From Anthoceros angustus (lineage: Eukaryota; Plantae; Anthocerotophyta), in NCBI GenBank assembly GCA_010909165.1, contig VJWM01000011.1, positions 434,001 to 498,000 on the forward strand: 64,000 nucleotides of DNA, written 5' to 3'. The translations under genes were made by a program, and so were the position numbers. Positions 22,924 through 34,002 of the stretch are shown piece after piece (the stretch's first letter is position 1; every line of letters begins with the position of its first letter). A model generated the notes under the pieces. It did not search any database and was not told the DNA's origin. It saw only the letters and a program-made list of their open reading frames with translations.

Positions 22924-25900
22924 ATGTCTGGCTGGAGGCTCGTCTCCAAGCGAGGTCGTCGCCAGGAACCTTTATGGCGACAAGGTTCTCGGGACCTCAC
23001 ATTCTGGCAACATGGCACCAGTCTCCGTTCAGCTGTCTTCCGGCACATGCAGGCCCAGGAAGTCCTGTTTTCCACCAAGTTATGTGAGCCAGCCGGGGTA
23101 GATGCGCATCCTGGTGCTCTGGATGTGAAGATGGTTCGTGGGGGGTCGAATTCCCTCTGGAGCTTGCCGGATGATGCTGGCCCTTGCAGGCCCGCAGGAT
23201 ACGAAACGAGGGTAACGGCTGAAACCGTGAGCAAGCTGTGTGATGACGGACGTGCTAGCGAGGCCGTTGAGGCTTTGGGAGTGCTGGTGCAGACAGGCTG
23301 TCGTGTTTCCAAGTACCTCTTTTATGCTGTGCTGAAGAAGTGTGCAATCGAGAAGGACCTTGTTTTGGGCCGTCGGGTTCATGCTTTCACAATCAGAGGA
23401 GGATGCGATTCGGACATGTTCCTGTGCAATCACATGCTGCGAATGTATGCTGCTCATGGCAGGTTGCAAGACGCGATGGATGTGTTTGCGGTGGTGGCTG
23501 AGCCGGATGCCTTCATGTGGTCTTCCATGATATCTGCGCATGTCAAACACGGGCAAGACAAGCAGGCTGTACAGCTGTATCGGCAGATGCTCGGGTCACG
23601 TGTGAGGCCAGATGGCCATGTCTTTGTGGCAGCCCTTCAGGCTTGTGCAAGGGGGTCAGATTTGGAAACCGGGCAGCAGGTGCATGCTGATGTGCTGGCT
23701 GGTGGAGTTGAGTGTGATATGTTTGTGTGGAATTGCTTGGTGAACATGTACGCAAAGTGTGGCAGGTTGGAGGAGGCTCAGAGAGTGTTTGAGGGACTTG
23801 GTGAGAAAGATGTGGCGTCGTGGAATGCATTGATAGCCGGGTATTCTCAGGGGGGCATGGGCCACGAAGCCCTTCGCCTTTACAGTGCTATGCAAGAAGA
23901 GGGCATGTCTGTACCTGATTCAGTGACATTTGTGAGCCTCCTACAGGCATGTGCAAATGTGGGCACCCCTGCTTTGGAGAAAGGGAAGGAGTTAGACGCT
24001 CAAATTAGAGAACAAGGACATGAAGCTGATGTCTTTGTGGCCAGCAGTTTGGTCAACATGTATGCCAAGTGTGGCAGCTTGGAAGACGCGCAGAGAGTGT
24101 TTGCAGGTCTTTGTCACAAAGATGTGGTAACATGGAATACCATGATATCAGGGTATCTGCAGCAGGGTATGAGCCAGGAAGCCCTTTGTCTTTACGGTGC
24201 CATGCAACAAGAAAGTATGGCTGAACCGGATTGTCTGACATTTGTGCGCCTCCTGCAGGCATGTGCGATTGTGGGCATGCCAGCTTTGGAGAAGGGGAAG
24301 CAGCTTCATGTGCAAATCAGAGTGCAGGGACATGAAGCTGATGCCGTTGTAGCCACGAATTTGGTGAATATGTATGCTAAGTGTGGCAGCTTGGAAGATG
24401 CCAGGACTGTGTTTCAAGGACTTAGTGAAAAAGATGTGGTGACCTGGACTGCTATGATATCTGGCTATACTCAGCAGGGCGAGGGCCAGGAAGCACTTCG
24501 CCTCTACAGCACCATGCAACAAGAAGGCATCGCTGTTGCAGATTGTGTGACATTTGTGTGCCTCCTGCAGGCATGTGCAACTGTGGGTTCCCTGGCCTTG
24601 GAGACGGGGAAACAGCTTCACGCACAAATCAAAGAGCAAGGGCATCAAGTTGAGATGTCCGTTGCGAATAGTTTGGTAAACATGTACGCAAAGTGTGGCA
24701 GCTTGGTTGATGCTCGCAGAGTGTTTGAGGAACTTGGTGAAAAAGATTTGGTGACGTGGAATACCATGATAGCAGGGTATTCCCAGCAGGGCATGGGTCA
24801 GGAAGCCCTTCATCTTTTCGCTGCCATGCAAGAACAGGGCATCGCTGTACTGGATTCCGTGACATTTGTGTGTCTCCTGCAGGCATGTGCAAGTGTGGGC
24901 ACCCCAGCTTTGGAGAAGGGGAAGCAGCTCCATGCGCAAATCGCAGAACCTGATGTTTTTGTCGGGAACAGTTTGGTACACATGTATGCAAAGTGTGGCA
25001 GCTTGGAAGATGCTGAGAATGTGTTTGGGGGGCTTCATGAAAAAGATGTGGTGACGTGGACTGCTATGATAGCAGGGTATTCCCAGCAGGGCATGGGCCA
25101 GGAAGCCCTTCAGCTTTACCGTTTAATGCAAGGAGATGGCATCACTGTCCCCGACTGTGTGACGTTTGTGTGCCTCCTGCAGGCATGTGCTAATGTTGCA
25201 GCTGTGCATCTCGGGAGGCAGCTACATGCCCAGATTGAAGAGAAAGGGCTTCAATGTGATCCATTTGTCGCAGGCAGTTTGATAAACATGTATGGAAAGT
25301 CTGGGAGCATGGTTGAAGCACAGCAGGTGTTTGACGCCTTGCCCAAAAGAGATGATGTCTCCTGGAGTGCGCTGATTGCGGGCTACACCTGTCAGGGAGA
25401 CAGTGAAGCGGTCTTTGACTTGGTCGAGAAGATGAAACAGGAGGCCATCCAGCCAGTCAGCGTTACATTCCTTTGTGTACTTACAGTATGTTGTCATTCG
25501 GGTCTAGTGAACAAAGGGAAAGAGTACTTTGAGTGTATGAGCAGACACCACGGCATCACTCCCACGGTGGAGCACTATGCATGCATGGTGGATCTCCTGG
25601 GCCGTGCGGGCCACCTGGATGAGGCACTGACGTTGGTATGGTTAATGCCTGTAGTGCCTAATGCTGCAGTTTTTCACACTTTGTTGGCAGCCTGCCAAAA
25701 GTGGAGCAACGTTGAGGTGGGACACCAGGCTTTTGTTCAAGCATTGAAGCTCGACAAGAAAGATTCGGCAGCATATGCGTTAATGTCCAATATTTACAGG
25801 GGTGCCCAGATGTGGAAGCAAGCGGAAGAGGCTCAGGCGAGGAGAGTAAGGATCAGAGCGTGGAAACTGCCGGGTCAAAGCTGGTGGACAGACTCGGATG

Positions 25901-26040
25901 GACTGGTGCATAGTTTTTTGGTTGAGGATAGGAAGCATTGCAAGAGTCCTGCAAGGCGTGAAAGAGATGTTTTGTGTGGAAAAGAGGAATGCTTGCATGA
26001 GCGCAGCGAGAAGCTGGCAATGGCTGAACAACACATCTGA
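22924..26040 (+). CDS. PLS-class PPR RNA-editing factor: about 23 PPR motifs, E1, E2 and a WW-type PG box, with a truncated DYW
   Basis: Uninterrupted 1052-codon ORF (GTG at 22882, first ATG at 22924). Repeating MYAKCGSLEDA / VVTWNTMI / VTFVCLLQAC triplets; P2-L2-S2 (VEHYACMVDLLGRAG); KLPGQSWWTDSDGLVHSFLVED; RSEKLA. Arg/Ser-rich N-terminus resembles an organellar presequence. Confidence 0.95.
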   Translation: MSGWRLVSKRGRRQEPLWRQGSRDLTFWQHGTSLRSAVFRHMQAQEVLFSTKLCEPAGVDAHPGALDVKMVRGGSNSLWSLPDDAGPCRPAGYETRVTAETVSKLCDDGRASEAVEALGVLVQTGCRVSKYLFYAVLKKCAIEKDLVLGRRVHAFTIRGGCDSDMFLCNHMLRMYAAHGRLQDAMDVFAVVAEPDAFMWSSMISAHVKHGQDKQAVQLYRQMLGSRVRPDGHVFVAALQACARGSDLETGQQVHADVLAGGVECDMFVWNCLVNMYAKCGRLEEAQRVFEGLGEKDVASWNALIAGYSQGGMGHEALRLYSAMQEEGMSVPDSVTFVSLLQACANVGTPALEKGKELDAQIREQGHEADVFVASSLVNMYAKCGSLEDAQRVFAGLCHKDVVTWNTMISGYLQQGMSQEALCLYGAMQQESMAEPDCLTFVRLLQACAIVGMPALEKGKQLHVQIRVQGHEADAVVATNLVNMYAKCGSLEDARTVFQGLSEKDVVTWTAMISGYTQQGEGQEALRLYSTMQQEGIAVADCVTFVCLLQACATVGSLALETGKQLHAQIKEQGHQVEMSVANSLVNMYAKCGSLVDARRVFEELGEKDLVTWNTMIAGYSQQGMGQEALHLFAAMQEQGIAVLDSVTFVCLLQACASVGTPALEKGKQLHAQIAEPDVFVGNSLVHMYAKCGSLEDAENVFGGLHEKDVVTWTAMIAGYSQQGMGQEALQLYRLMQGDGITVPDCVTFVCLLQACANVAAVHLGRQLHAQIEEKGLQCDPFVAGSLINMYGKSGSMVEAQQVFDALPKRDDVSWSALIAGYTCQGDSEAVFDLVEKMKQEAIQPVSVTFLCVLTVCCHSGLVNKGKEYFECMSRHHGITPTVEHYACMVDLLGRAGHLDEALTLVWLMPVVPNAAVFHTLLAACQKWSNVEVGHQAFVQALKLDKKDSAAYALMSNIYRGAQMWKQAEEAQARRVRIRAWKLPGQSWWTDSDGLVHSFLVEDRKHCKSPARRERDVLCGKEECLHERSEKLAMAEQHI

Positions 26041-26189
26041 CAATTATCTGCAAATTTGGCTTGACTTCCCGCTGTCACAAAGTGCTAGAGTCGCAGACTA
26101 TCATCTGCAACATTGCAAGTCGTTACATGGAAGCTGCCGGTTCCAGCCACCTCACGCGAAGTGTACGCCTGAGTTGATGACATCGGTGA

Positions 26190-26678
26190 GGGCTGGTATC
26201 CACGGAAGTCCATGCATGCGGGGGGCAAGTTGATCTCTCCAAAGCTCCTGCCACGGAGCCCTGTCCTCTCCAAGAAGATACAGCTTACCAGATTCCCTCA
26301 CATCTGTGTGCCTCGACATGGCAGGCAAATGCAAGTTCGGGCACCCTCACCCTGGATATGGGAAAGCAGTCAGGGATCAGAAAACAAGAACATCAGATCC
26401 GTAGCTGGCAGTTGGGACCTGGTGGATGCTTTCATAGTGTTGGGCCGGAGGATGATGTAAACATAAGCTATACTTCAAAAGCCGATATTTGGAGCGCAGG
26501 AGTCATTTTGTATAAAGTTTTAACGGAAAATCGTCCTTATATAAGATATAAATTTGACGCCGAAAAAGAAGAATGGATAACTCAATTGGACCTAAATGAG
26601 CGGCTCAACATCTCACACGAAGTGAAAGATCTGCTACACTCAATGTTATATTTAGAACAAGAGTACAGCAAGTTCTAA
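26190..26678 (+). pseudogene. Protein kinase fragment (CAMK/CDPK-like subdomains IX-XI clear; upstream part weak)
   Basis: YTSKADIWSAGVILYKVL...ISHEVKDLLHSML at 26465-26678. Weaker upstream remnants MHAGGKL and VAGS...VLGRR. Confidence 0.6.
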
Positions 26679-27189
26679 ACCATGCTTGGTTTTGCTCGCT
26701 ATCTTATATATAAAAAGATAGTAATTTTATTATATAAGAATTTTTATTTGTATTATATTTTTAATATAATAATTTTTATTTTAACTTTATTTATAATTTC
26801 ATTAAACCACTCTTCAGTGCCTCTTTCTTGTGAAAAAGTCTTCAAGCCATGCAAGCGACAGTCATGAAATTGATATAGTGAAGCTGAGATTGGAGTATAT
26901 GGCTATGTGTTTAGCTAGTGAGTCCTTTTTTGGTCATTTTCATAGCGTGGCATAATAGCATCGTGACAATTTTTTATTGTATAGTTACGCAGATTACAGT
27001 TACTAAATCGCATGTTAGAATCTTGACGGGTTTGCAAACCCCGATTTCTGCTAGCTCTAAGCGGTGCTCAGCGTGCTTGGGACGACCACACCAAGGGTGT
27101 CGAATGTTTTGAATCATGAGCGAGCAAGGTGAGCGTGGCACAGGCGGAGTGTGAAGATGGCGGCGTGCGAGAAGGAAAATTGGCATTTA

Positions 27190-28000
27190 GGGCTCGAAGC
27201 GGCTATTGTTGAAGTCCCACCTTGCCTGTCCAGAGAACTCCTAGCCTCTGAGGGGCAATGGACACCGTTGCACGAAAGCCATCACACAAGAAAGGGGGGC
27301 GGCGTGGTAGGCTTTAGCACAGCCTTGATGAACTGGAGAAATCCTTGCCCATGGCCCGTGAGTCTCGATGGCAAGGGGATGAAGGCGTGGCCCTTCTTGC
27401 ATGGGCGAGTACTTGTGAACCTTCGTTGTCGCATCTCTCGCCACCCAACTGGAGGGTTGATGATGGCGATGCTTGCGGTGTCCGGGCAAGGTCTTTGACC
27501 ACATCCACAACACGTCCCCCTGGCCGAGAACATGGCGTCGCGGACGGCGTGATGCGTGCAATGCTGCCGGTGGAGGCGAGGGGCTATGGCGGCAGTCTAA
27601 AGAGCGGGCCAAAGGTTGGACCAAACCAGTGGAACCTCATCGCGGTAGAAAAGAAGCCGGTGCGACTCGAAATACCTTGATGCAAGGTCGGGCTAGAAGC
27701 CATGAACTGCTCCTTCCCGAGCAAGAGCGGAGGTGAGCTCGAGCTGGTCAAGGAATGGAGGAGCAAAGCGAGCCGGTGCGTGCCCATCGCTTCTCATGGA
27801 GGGAGGCCAAAGCCCCCGTCCATGAGAGCGAGGAGAATGCGGCATGACCGCCTAGCCTCGAGGATAGGACACCCCTAGCCAATCTTAAGGACAAGCATGC
27901 AGGAAGGCGCCTCCTCGGCCGAGACGAAGGCCTTCAAGATGCGGTAATCCTCAGGGGATTAGGAAATGAGAGGCCTAGATGCGGGTTGAGAGGACCAAGC
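27190..28000 (-). mobile_element. Degenerate CRE-like element, 3' half; a noisy second copy lies at about 30290-31238
   Basis: The minus strand reads TTKVHKYSPMQEG..F.PLAIETHG and MRFHWFGPTFGPLF, paralleling the 10934-11600 element. Confidence 0.75.
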
Positions 28001-28869
28001 TCAAGCGCTGCGCCAAATGCCTTACGGCGCACTCTAAGGGGCTTGTCGCACGAGGTAAACAATTGCATTCATGTGAGCACTTCCTCAATAAACAACCGAG
28101 CAAAACAAATCTAGTATGCAAATATAGGTGCAAACCAATTTGTAACACTAGGAGAGAGTAGCTCGCACGTTGTGGCACAAACACACTCTCCCTACGAGAA
28201 CAACCTGCCGGCATTCGTAGCAGGCATGACCTAGAATCCGTTCGTCTTTACGGTGCTATACAAGACCAATCGCTCCACAAGACTTGTTCTCAGTGGTTGC
28301 CTGTATGCTTGTCACTAGTGAGAAAAGGGCTGGGCAAAAGGCCCTCGGCTGGACGCGCGTGACTGCATAAACTTTCCGAATGTGTGCACCCACCCTACAA
28401 GGATGTTTCTAGAGTATAATATTATACTCTAAAACTAAAAATGTTAAATTAATGAATCAAAGAGGCCTTCTTATGCTGAATTGTTGAATTTGAGTCCAAA
28501 AAGTTATTGAATTTATTAGTTCCAAAAGCAAGTATTGAGATGAGTAGACTTGCACATGAAATGGTAGCAGTCCAAGTATGAAAATATTCACTTTGCAATA
28601 AAGACAATCTGTAGTCCCTACCTATGTCTACATACCACAAACGGGCTGGGTTACAAAACTCAGATCATTTGGAGAGGGCAACGAGGAGAGCCTCGAGTCT
28701 CGACTCGAGAGCTCAACCTAGCGTAGAGGCGGAAGGCAGATCCTTTGCGACGGAAGAGGAAGCCCGAGGGCATCGAGGGGCTTGCGAGGGAGGAGGAGAG
28801 GGTTAGGGTAGGGGGCAGGAGGCGGTGTGAAGGAGGGGTCCCTGAGGGGGGATCCGGGAGGCGGGGGAG

Positions 28870-29846
28870 ATGGAGCAGTTTCTGGAGTGGGAAAGCAAGG
28901 ATGCGGTGCGCATGCCGTGGAACGTGTGGCCCGGCAGCAAGGTGGAGGCGAGCAAGAGCTCGGTGCCCCTGGCTGTGCTGACGACGCCGCTGCGAGATGT
29001 TCCTGGGATGCCCGTCCTGGTGTACGCGCCGCTGCGGTGCAAGAGCTGCCGCTCCCTGCTCAACCCCTACTGTAACGTGGACTTCAACGCCAAGGTGTGG
29101 ATCTGCCCCTTCTGCTACCAGCGCAACCACTTCCCCCCGCAGTACGACTCCATCTCCGAGGTGAACCTCCCGGCGGAGCTCTACCAGCAGTATACGAGCG
29201 TGGAGTATGTGATGTCGGGGGAGGCGGCTGTGGCGCCCGTCTTCCTCTTCGTGCTGGACACTTGCCTGATCGAGGAGGAGCTGGGGTTCTTGAAGCAGGC
29301 GCTGAGCCGGGCCGTGTCCCTGGTGCCGGAGAACGCGCTTGTCGGTCTCATCACCTTCGGGATGCAGGTGCATGTGCACGAATTGGGATTCACCAGTGTC
29401 CAAAAGTCCTACGTCTTCCGGGGTCCAAGGATGTGAGCAGGAGCAGATTCTGGACATGCTGGGGCTGACGGCGCTCGGGGCCGGGCTGCACCAGCATCCG
29501 GGGCCAGGCGAGACGGGATCGCTCCCACCAGCGTGTCTCGCTTCCTGCTGCCCGTGGCGGAGTGCGATCTCACGCTCACCGCCGTGCTGGAGGAGCTGCA
29601 GCGGGATCCTTCCCGTGCAATCCGACAAGCGGGCCTCCCGCTGCACCAGCACTGCGCTGGGAGTGGCTGCCGCGTTGCTAGGGGCCTGCGTGCCGGGGAC
29701 GGGAGCTCGGATCCTGACCTTCGTCGGGGGCCCGTGCACGGAGGGCCTGGGACTATCGTGTCGTCGGATTTGCAGGAGGCGATCAGATCGCACAAGGACA
29801 TTGACAAGGACGCCGTGCCGCACTACCACAAGGCGCTCAAGTTCTA
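28870..29846 (+). CDS. SEC23: SEC23 COPII coat subunit, N-terminal piece (zinc finger and trunk start)
   Basis: [21 protein letters not shown]...[15 protein letters not shown]...[16 protein letters not shown]...FLFVLDTC...[21 protein letters not shown]; no introns; cut at a 9-nt junction. Confidence 0.93.
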
Positions 29847-31163
29847 AACCATGCTTGGTTTTGCTCGCTATCTTATATATAAAAGATAGTAATTTATTAT
29901 ATAAGAACTTTATTTGTATTATATTTTTAATATAATTTTTATTTTAACTTTATTTATAATTTCATTAAACCACTCTTGATTACCTCTTTCTTGTGAAAAG
30001 TCTTCAAGCCATGCAAGCGGCATGAAATTGATATAAAAGATTGGAGTATATGGCTATGTGTTTAGCTAGTGAGTCCTTTTTGGTCATTTTCATAGCGTGG
30101 CATAATAGCATCGGGACAATTTCTTCTTCTATAGTTCATATTATAGTTACTAAATCGCATGTTAGAATCTTGTGGGTTTGCAAACCGATTTGCTCTAGCG
30201 GCTCAGCGTGCTTGGGGCGACCACACCAAGGGTGTCCGAATGTTTTGAATCATGAGCGGAGCAAGGCGTGGCTGAGGCGGAGTGTGAAGATGGCGGCGTG
30301 AGAAGGAAAATTGGCATTTAGGCTCGAAGCGGCTATTGTTGAAGTCCCACCTTGTGTCCACAGGAGAGAACTCCTAGCCCTACTGGGGCAATGGACACCG
30401 CTTGCACAGAAAAACCATCACACAAGAAAGGGCCCTTGTGTTCGGACATAGTAATTGGGCAGGGAATACGACAGCGTGGAAGTTGTGGGCTTGACCGCAG
30501 CACGACACTGGCTGTGTTTTCGAGGTGGTTGCCAGTCCTGGGACGTCCCCTAATCAGGGGTTGCCTATGAAGCAGCAGGTTTTCTTGCAGTTTGTGACTT
30601 ACTATCAGCATCCTGACGGCCAGATGAGGCTTCGCTCGACCACGGTGGCAAGGCCGACTGCGGATGGCCCGTGAGTCTCGATGGCAAGGGGATGAAGGCG
30701 TGGCCCTTCTTGCATGGGCGAGTACTTGTGAACCTTCGTTGTCAGCGCATCTCTCGCCACCAACTGGAGGTTGATGATGGCGATGCTTGCGGTGTCCGGG
30801 CAAGGTATTCACGACCACATCCGCAACACTGGTCCCCGCCAGCCGCCGAACATGGCGGACGGGCGTGATGCGTAATGCATTGCCCTGGAGCGGCGAGGCT
30901 ATGGCGTGAGTCTAAAGCGGGCCAAAGGTTGACCAGTAGGCGAACTTCGCGGTGAAAGCAGTCGGTGCGACTCGAAATACTTTGATGCAAGGTCGGGCTA
31001 GAAGCTGAACTGCTCCTTCCCGAGCAAGAGCGGAGGTGAGCTCGGCTGGTCAAGGAATGGAGGCATCGAGCAGAGCCATGCTGCGTGCCCATCTTCTTCT
31101 CATGGAGGAGGCCGAAGCACCTTGACCGTCAGAGACGAGGAGGAATCTGGCATGACCGCCTAG

Positions 31164-31918
<755 letters not shown>

Positions 31919-33065
31919 TCATTCCCCGGCCGTATGCTCTTGTATGCTTGGTTCCTAACAGGGCAGCAACCTCAAGTGGTCAGCAAATTGGATGCTGCAG
32001 GCGCACTCTGAGGCTTCATGCAGGTAAACAATTGCATTCATGTGAGCACTTCCTCAATAAACAGCAAGGAGCAAAACAAATCTAGTATGCAAATATAGGT
32101 GCAAACCAATTTGTAACACTAGGAGAGTAGCTTGCGTTGTAACAAACACCTCTCCTACTGAACAACACCGCATTCGTGGCGGGCATGACCTAGAATCCGT
32201 TAAGTCTTCGGTGCTATACAAGACCAATCGCTCCACAAGACTTGTTTCTGGTTGCTGTCACTGTGAGAAAGGGGCAAAAGGCCCTCGGGCGCGTGATGCA
32301 TAAACTTTCCGAATGTGTGCACCCACCCAGGATGTTTCTAGAGTATAATATTATACTCTAAAACTAAAAATGTTAAATTAATGAATCAAAGAGGCCTTCT
32401 TATGCTGAATTGTTGAATTTGAGTCCAAAAAGTTATTGAATTTATTAGTTCCAAAAGCAAGTATTGAGATGAGTAGACTTGCACATGAAATGGTAGCAGT
32501 CCAAGTATGAAAATATTCACTTTGCAATAAAGACAATCTGTAGTCCCTACCTATGTCTACATACCACAAACGGGCTGGGTTACAAAACTCAGATCATTTG
32601 GAGAGGGCAACGAGGAGAGCCTCGAGTCTCGACTCGAGAGCTCAACCTAGCGTAGAGGCGGAAGGCAGATCCTTTGCGACGGAAGGAAGCCGAGGGCATC
32701 GAGGGGCTTGCGAGGAGGAGGAGACATTATTTTTACGGATGATGTTAGCTTGCAAGTGTTTGTGGAGCATCTTCAGAAGTTGGCTGTATCATCCTGATCA
32801 TTCCCCGGCCGTATGCTCTTGTATGCTTGGTTCCTAACAGGGCAGCAACCTCAAGTGGTCAGCAAATTGGATGCTGCAGTTTTGTGAAATTTTCTTATCT
32901 ATGTTGTTCAGTCAGGTAGGGGCAGGAGGCGGTGTGAAGGAGGGTCCCTGAGGGGATCCGGGAGGCAGGGAGATGGAGCAGTTTCTGGAGTGGGAAAGCA
33001 AGGATGCGGTGCGCATGCCGTGGAACGTGTGGCCCGGCAGCAAGGTGGAGGCGAGCAAGAGCTCG

Positions 33066-34002
33066 GTGCCCTGGCTGTGTTTTCGAGGTGGTTGCCAGTC
33101 CTGGGACGTCCCCTAATCAGGGGTTGCCTATGAAGCAGCAGGTTTTCTTGCAGTTTGTGACTTACTATCAGCATCCTGACGGCCAGATGAGGCTTCGCTC
33201 GACCACGGTGGCAAGGCCGACTGCGGATGGCCCGTCTGCTGTGGAGGAGCTGGTGTTGGGGTTTGATCAGGAGGCTGCGGCTGTAGTGATGGCCAGGTTG
33301 GCCTCCTTCAAGATGGAGACGGAACCGGAGTTCGACGCCACACGCTGGCTGGATAGAGCTCTCATCCGGTTGTCTTCCAGGTTTGGAGGGTACAGGAAAG
33401 ATGACCCTAGCTCTTTCAGCTTTCCTGACAGGTTCACCATATATCCGCAGTTTATGTTCAACCTCCGCAGATCCCAGTTTGTGCAAGTGTTCAACAACAG
33501 CCCAGACGAGACTGCTTATTTTCGGATGGTGCTCAACAGAGAGAATGTGACCAACTCTTTGGTCATGATCCAGCCATCGCTTATTTCTTACTCCTTCAAC
33601 TCCCCGCCGGAGCCTGCGCTACTGGATGTGGCAGCCATTGCTGCGGACCGTCTGTTGCTCTTGGACTCTTACTTCACCATCGTTGTGTTCCGGGGTATGA
33701 CTATTGCCCAGTGGCGCCAAAGAGGGTTTCAACATCAACCTGAGCATCAGGCTTTTGCTGCCCTCTTGCAAGCACCTCATGATGATGCTACGGCTATTAT
33801 CAAGGACCGTTTCCCTGTGCCTCGTCTGGTGGATTGTGATCAACATACGTCGCAAGCACGGTTTCTTCTTGCCAAGTTGAATCCGTCTGCGACATACAAC
33901 TCAGTCAACGGTCCTGCTCCAGGAGGAGACATTATTTTTACGGATGATGTTAGCTTGCAAGTGTTTGTGGAGCATCTTCAGAAGTTGGCTGTATCATCCT
34001 GA
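33066..34002 (+). CDS. SEC23: SEC23 C-terminal piece (clean copy), fused at its 5' side to a short N-terminal piece
   Basis: [22 protein letters not shown]...[11 protein letters not shown]...[12 protein letters not shown]...[27 protein letters not shown]...LAVSS* with no introns. Confidence 0.95.

Noticed and set aside
28410-28431. Perfect 22-bp palindrome TAGAGTATAATATTATACTCTA (copies at about 32339 and 35270) as a Helitron 3' hairpin
   Set aside because: It is AT-rich, lacks a correctly spaced CTRR terminus and A/T insertion site, and no 5' TC end was identified.
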